Below, one piece after another: positions 61,690 through 64,000 of a stretch of 64,000 nucleotides of DNA (positions within the stretch are counted from its first letter, which is position 1; the number at the start of each line of letters is the position of its first letter). Origin of the DNA: Thalassoroseus pseudoceratinae (GTDB taxonomy: Bacteria; Planctomycetota; Planctomycetia; Planctomycetales; Planctomycetaceae). Made by a program: the position numbers and the translations under genes. The notes below the pieces were generated by a model, which saw only the letters and a program-made list of their open reading frames with translations, did no database searches and had not been told where the DNA came from. The stretch is from the NCBI RefSeq assembly GCF_011634775.1, contig NZ_JAALXT010000001.1, forward strand, positions 1,071,125 through 1,135,124, read 5' to 3'.

Positions 61690-64000
61690 GTGCCGGAAAA
61701 CCAAATATCCGCCTCGAGTTGGAGAGACTTACCGCAAGCGGTGCGCGATCGGTATCAATTGCGGCAGACCTTGGAAACGCCGCACCCGCGTGGTCGCTGG
61801 CTGGCAGAGGACGTGAACTCCCACAGTCGGGTTATGATTCAAACGATTCATCCGGAGTCGATGACCGGCGGGTTGCGACTCCGGCTGGAACACGATGCCA
61901 ACTCGCTGAAGAAGCACGGCGGGAAACTGATTGACGGCATCGTTAATTTGGTAAAGCAACCTCGCGTTTGGACGGTCGTTTCCCAATACCGGCCGGGACA
62001 GCGGCTTTCGGATCGGCTTGAATCAGAACCGTTGTCCATTGCCGAAGCGTTGCAAGTCGGCAGCGATTTGCTGAAATCGTTGCAAGAAGCTCATTCGATT
62101 GGCGTTCTACACCGGACAATCCGACCGTCCCGCGTGATTATCGACGCCGAGACGCAGACGGCTCATTTGCGAGGTGTCGGGACATCGGGTTTGACGAGTT
62201 GGGAGGAGCAAGACGAGCGACAAAAAGTTCGAATCGCCGCTTATCTTTCACCGGAACAAGCTGGTGCCGTCGATCACGATGTGAGCGTCACCGCGGACCT
62301 GTATTCGCTGGGTATCGTGCTGTTCGAGTGCCTCGCGGGACGCCCGCCGTTCACGGGGTCAACCATCGGCGAGATGCTCATGCAACACATGACTGCCGAA
62401 GTTCCCAGCTTGCGGCTATTTGGTTGCCAATCTCCTCGAGTTCTCGATGAAGTTTTTCAACGGTTGTTATGCAAAGATCCGCAGGATCGCTATCAATCCG
62501 CCGAAGCGGTCTTGCATGACTGGGAGATGATTCAGCAAGCCTGGAGCGAGGGAAATTCTGAACCATCCCTTGTCGTGGGTCTCGCCGACAACCGCCGCAC
62601 GTTGGTGGAATCATCGTTCGTTGCGCGAGAAGCGGAGCTGCAATGCTTGATGGATGCCGTTGCGGAATCTCGGCAGGGGAAGCGAAGGCTTGTTTCGATC
62701 GAGAGCGAATCGGGGATGGGGAAAACCCGAACCATTCAGGAATTGATCCGTTCAGCGAATAGCCAAGATGTTTGGGTTCTGAGAGGCCAGGGGACCGACC
62801 GGAGTGGGCAACGCCCGTTCTCATTGCTGCTTGGTGTCATCCAAGAAATTATTCGACGGACAGCCGAGGAACCGGAATGTCTTCGCCAAATCCAAGACCG
62901 GATCGGCGACCGTCTCGACGCCATCACGGCAGCCATCCCGGAATTGGCAGCGGCGTGGAACATCAAATCGGAAACGGATCTCGGCCCGGAAGCGTTCGGG
63001 GAAACTCGTACCACAGAAGCATTGGCCTTGCTGTTGGATTCGTTGGGAACTTTTGAGAAGCCGGCTCTCATTATTCTTGATGACTCCCAATGGTCTGACA
63101 ACGCAACCATTCGACTGATTCAGAACTGGAAAGATCTTGATGACCGTCCCGGATGCTGCACGGTCCTGCTGGGGATACGCACCGAAGAAACCGAACCCGA
63201 CCACATGCTGCGGTCTCTCCTGACCGACAGTCGGGTGGAACTTCAGCCGCTCAGTCCCGACGATGTGAAGCAACTTACGGAGTCCATGGCGGGGCCACTC
63301 CCGGAGGATATCCACCCCACGATTTGGCGGTTATCGAAAGGAAGCCCATTCCTGGCATCCGCGGTTCTTCGAGGCTTGGTCGAAACCAAGGCGTTGCATC
63401 CCACCGAGAAAGGATGGCGGACGGACTCACTCGCCATGCGGGACATGCAATCCTCGCAGCAGGCAGCGGATCTGCTCCTGCAACGTATTCAACTTCTTTC
63501 TGAACCCGCACTGAACTTTCTTCGTGGCGGATCGATTCTCGGCAAGGAGTTCGATCTCGAAGCAGCAGCCGAACTCGTGAATCTCTCGACGACAGATATG
63601 ATGTCGGCCGTTGACGAAGTTCGACGGAGAAATATGATTTGGTTGCGTGCCGACGGAACCACCTGTGTTTTCCTGCACGGACGAATCCGAGAAACTCTGC
63701 TCGACCAAATGGACGCCGACACGCAGACAGAGTTGCATCTTCGTGCGGCGAATCGAATTCACCGAACGCAGCCTGATCGTGTCTTCGACTTGGCCTACCA
63801 CTTCGATGCGGCGGGGCAGTCCGACCGGGCACTGCCGTTTGCTTTGTCTGCCGCCGACCAAGCACGAACCCAACATGCGTTGGAAGTGGCCGAGCAACAG
63901 TTTCGTATTGCCGAACGTGGCAGTGCTGAATGCGACGACGAAACCCGCTATCAGATCGCGGAGGGACTGGGCGATGTGTTGATGCTTCGCGGGCAATACG
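61690..64000 (+). CDS. degenerate Ser/Thr (pseudo)kinase domain fused to STAND/AAA-type ATPase and helical (TPR-like) C-terminus; gene runs off window end
   Basis: Manual translation of the frame opening after TGA 61618-61620 is uninterrupted to 64000. GTG 61690 or TTG 61663 is the probable start. Kinase-like fold with RYQLRQTL start, HRTIRPSRVII (HRD->HRT), LRG in place of DFG, no Gly-loop or VAIK lysine, and SPEQ retained. Then a P-loop SESGMGKTR and Walker B-like LIILDDSQW. Confidence 0.6.
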   Translation, partial: MPENQISASSWRDLPQAVRDRYQLRQTLETPHPRGRWLAEDVNSHSRVMIQTIHPESMTGGLRLRLEHDANSLKKHGGKLIDGIVNLVKQPRVWTVVSQYRPGQRLSDRLESEPLSIAEALQVGSDLLKSLQEAHSIGVLHRTIRPSRVIIDAETQTAHLRGVGTSGLTSWEEQDERQKVRIAAYLSPEQAGAVDHDVSVTADLYSLGIVLFECLAGRPPFTGSTIGEMLMQHMTAEVPSLRLFGCQSPRVLDEVFQRLLCKDPQDRYQSAEAVLHDWEMIQQAWSEGNSEPSLVVGLADNRRTLVESSFVAREAELQCLMDAVAESRQGKRRLVSIESESGMGKTRTIQELIRSANSQDVWVLRGQGTDRSGQRPFSLLLGVIQEIIRRTAEEPECLRQIQDRIGDRLDAITAAIPELAAAWNIKSETDLGPEAFGETRTTEALALLLDSLGTFEKPALIILDDSQWSDNATIRLIQNWKDLDDRPGCCTVLLGIRTEETEPDHMLRSLLTDSRVELQPLSPDDVKQLTESMAGPLPEDIHPTIWRLSKGSPFLASAVLRGLVETKALHPTEKGWRTDSLAMRDMQSSQQAADLLLQRIQLLSEPALNFLRGGSILGKEFDLEAAAELVNLSTTDMMSAVDEVRRRNMIWLRADGTTCVFLHGRIRETLLDQMDADTQTELHLRAANRIHRTQPDRVFDLAYHFDAAGQSDRALPFALSAADQARTQHALEVAEQQFRIAERGSAECDDETRYQIAEGLGDVLMLRGQY

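Noticed and set aside
1-64000. CRISPR arrays, tRNA/rRNA genes, IS elements/transposases/integrases
   Set aside because: Visual scanning of every intergenic spacer found no regularly spaced direct repeats, no tRNA-like acceptor/T-arm pattern (GGTTCGAATCC-like), and no transposase or integrase motifs. I could not run tRNAscan or a repeat finder, so short or degenerate elements could have been missed.

Overview
High-GC (~58%) chromosomal segment with a planctomycete-like gene repertoire: a DUF1549/DUF1553 + DUF1501 pair, a DUF1559 prepilin-like protein, a TAT-signal Gfo/Idh/MocA oxidoreductase, long Ser/Thr kinases, and large gene-free spacers. In order, the window holds: (1) the 5' half of a Wadjet-type anti-plasmid condensin operon on the minus strand (jetA DUF3375, jetB DUF4194, jetC N-terminus with Walker A), preceded by a stand-alone ABC ATPase; (2) a DUF885 peptidase-like gene; (3) a minus-strand operon of a coiled-coil membrane protein, a small membrane protein and an HTTM-domain protein; (4) an ECF sigma factor with a clean intrinsic terminator, followed by a Cys-rich MerC-like membrane protein; (5) a TAT-secreted oxidoreductase; (6) a tightly coupled WD40/HEAT protein, TgpA-like transglutaminase and ceramidase-like/LamG gene set; (7) a Co/Ni ECF transporter cbiM(PDGLE)-cbiQ-cbiO; (8) a chemotaxis cluster: cheA-REC hybrid, cheW, a soluble globin-PAS-PAS MCP, cheY, cheR, cheX; (9) flotillin-NfeD; (10) a DegT aminotransferase, small unknowns and a HAL2-type bisphosphate nucleotidase; (11) a 1001-aa Ser/Thr kinase; (12) DUF1549/1553 + DUF1501; (13) a DUF1801-CDGSH protein; (14) pyruvate carboxylase, a C-N hydrolase and asparagine synthase; (15) DUF1559 and a lipoprotein; (16) SMC; (17) a FlgI (P-ring) homolog with an inserted HEAT-repeat module; (18) a SAM methyltransferase; (19) an AT-rich palindrome-bearing spacer followed by a degenerate (pseudo)kinase fused to a STAND/AAA ATPase-TPR protein that runs off the window. 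No tRNA, rRNA, CRISPR array or transposase was found. Several ORF-track starts look 5'-over-extended, and more plausible starts are given.
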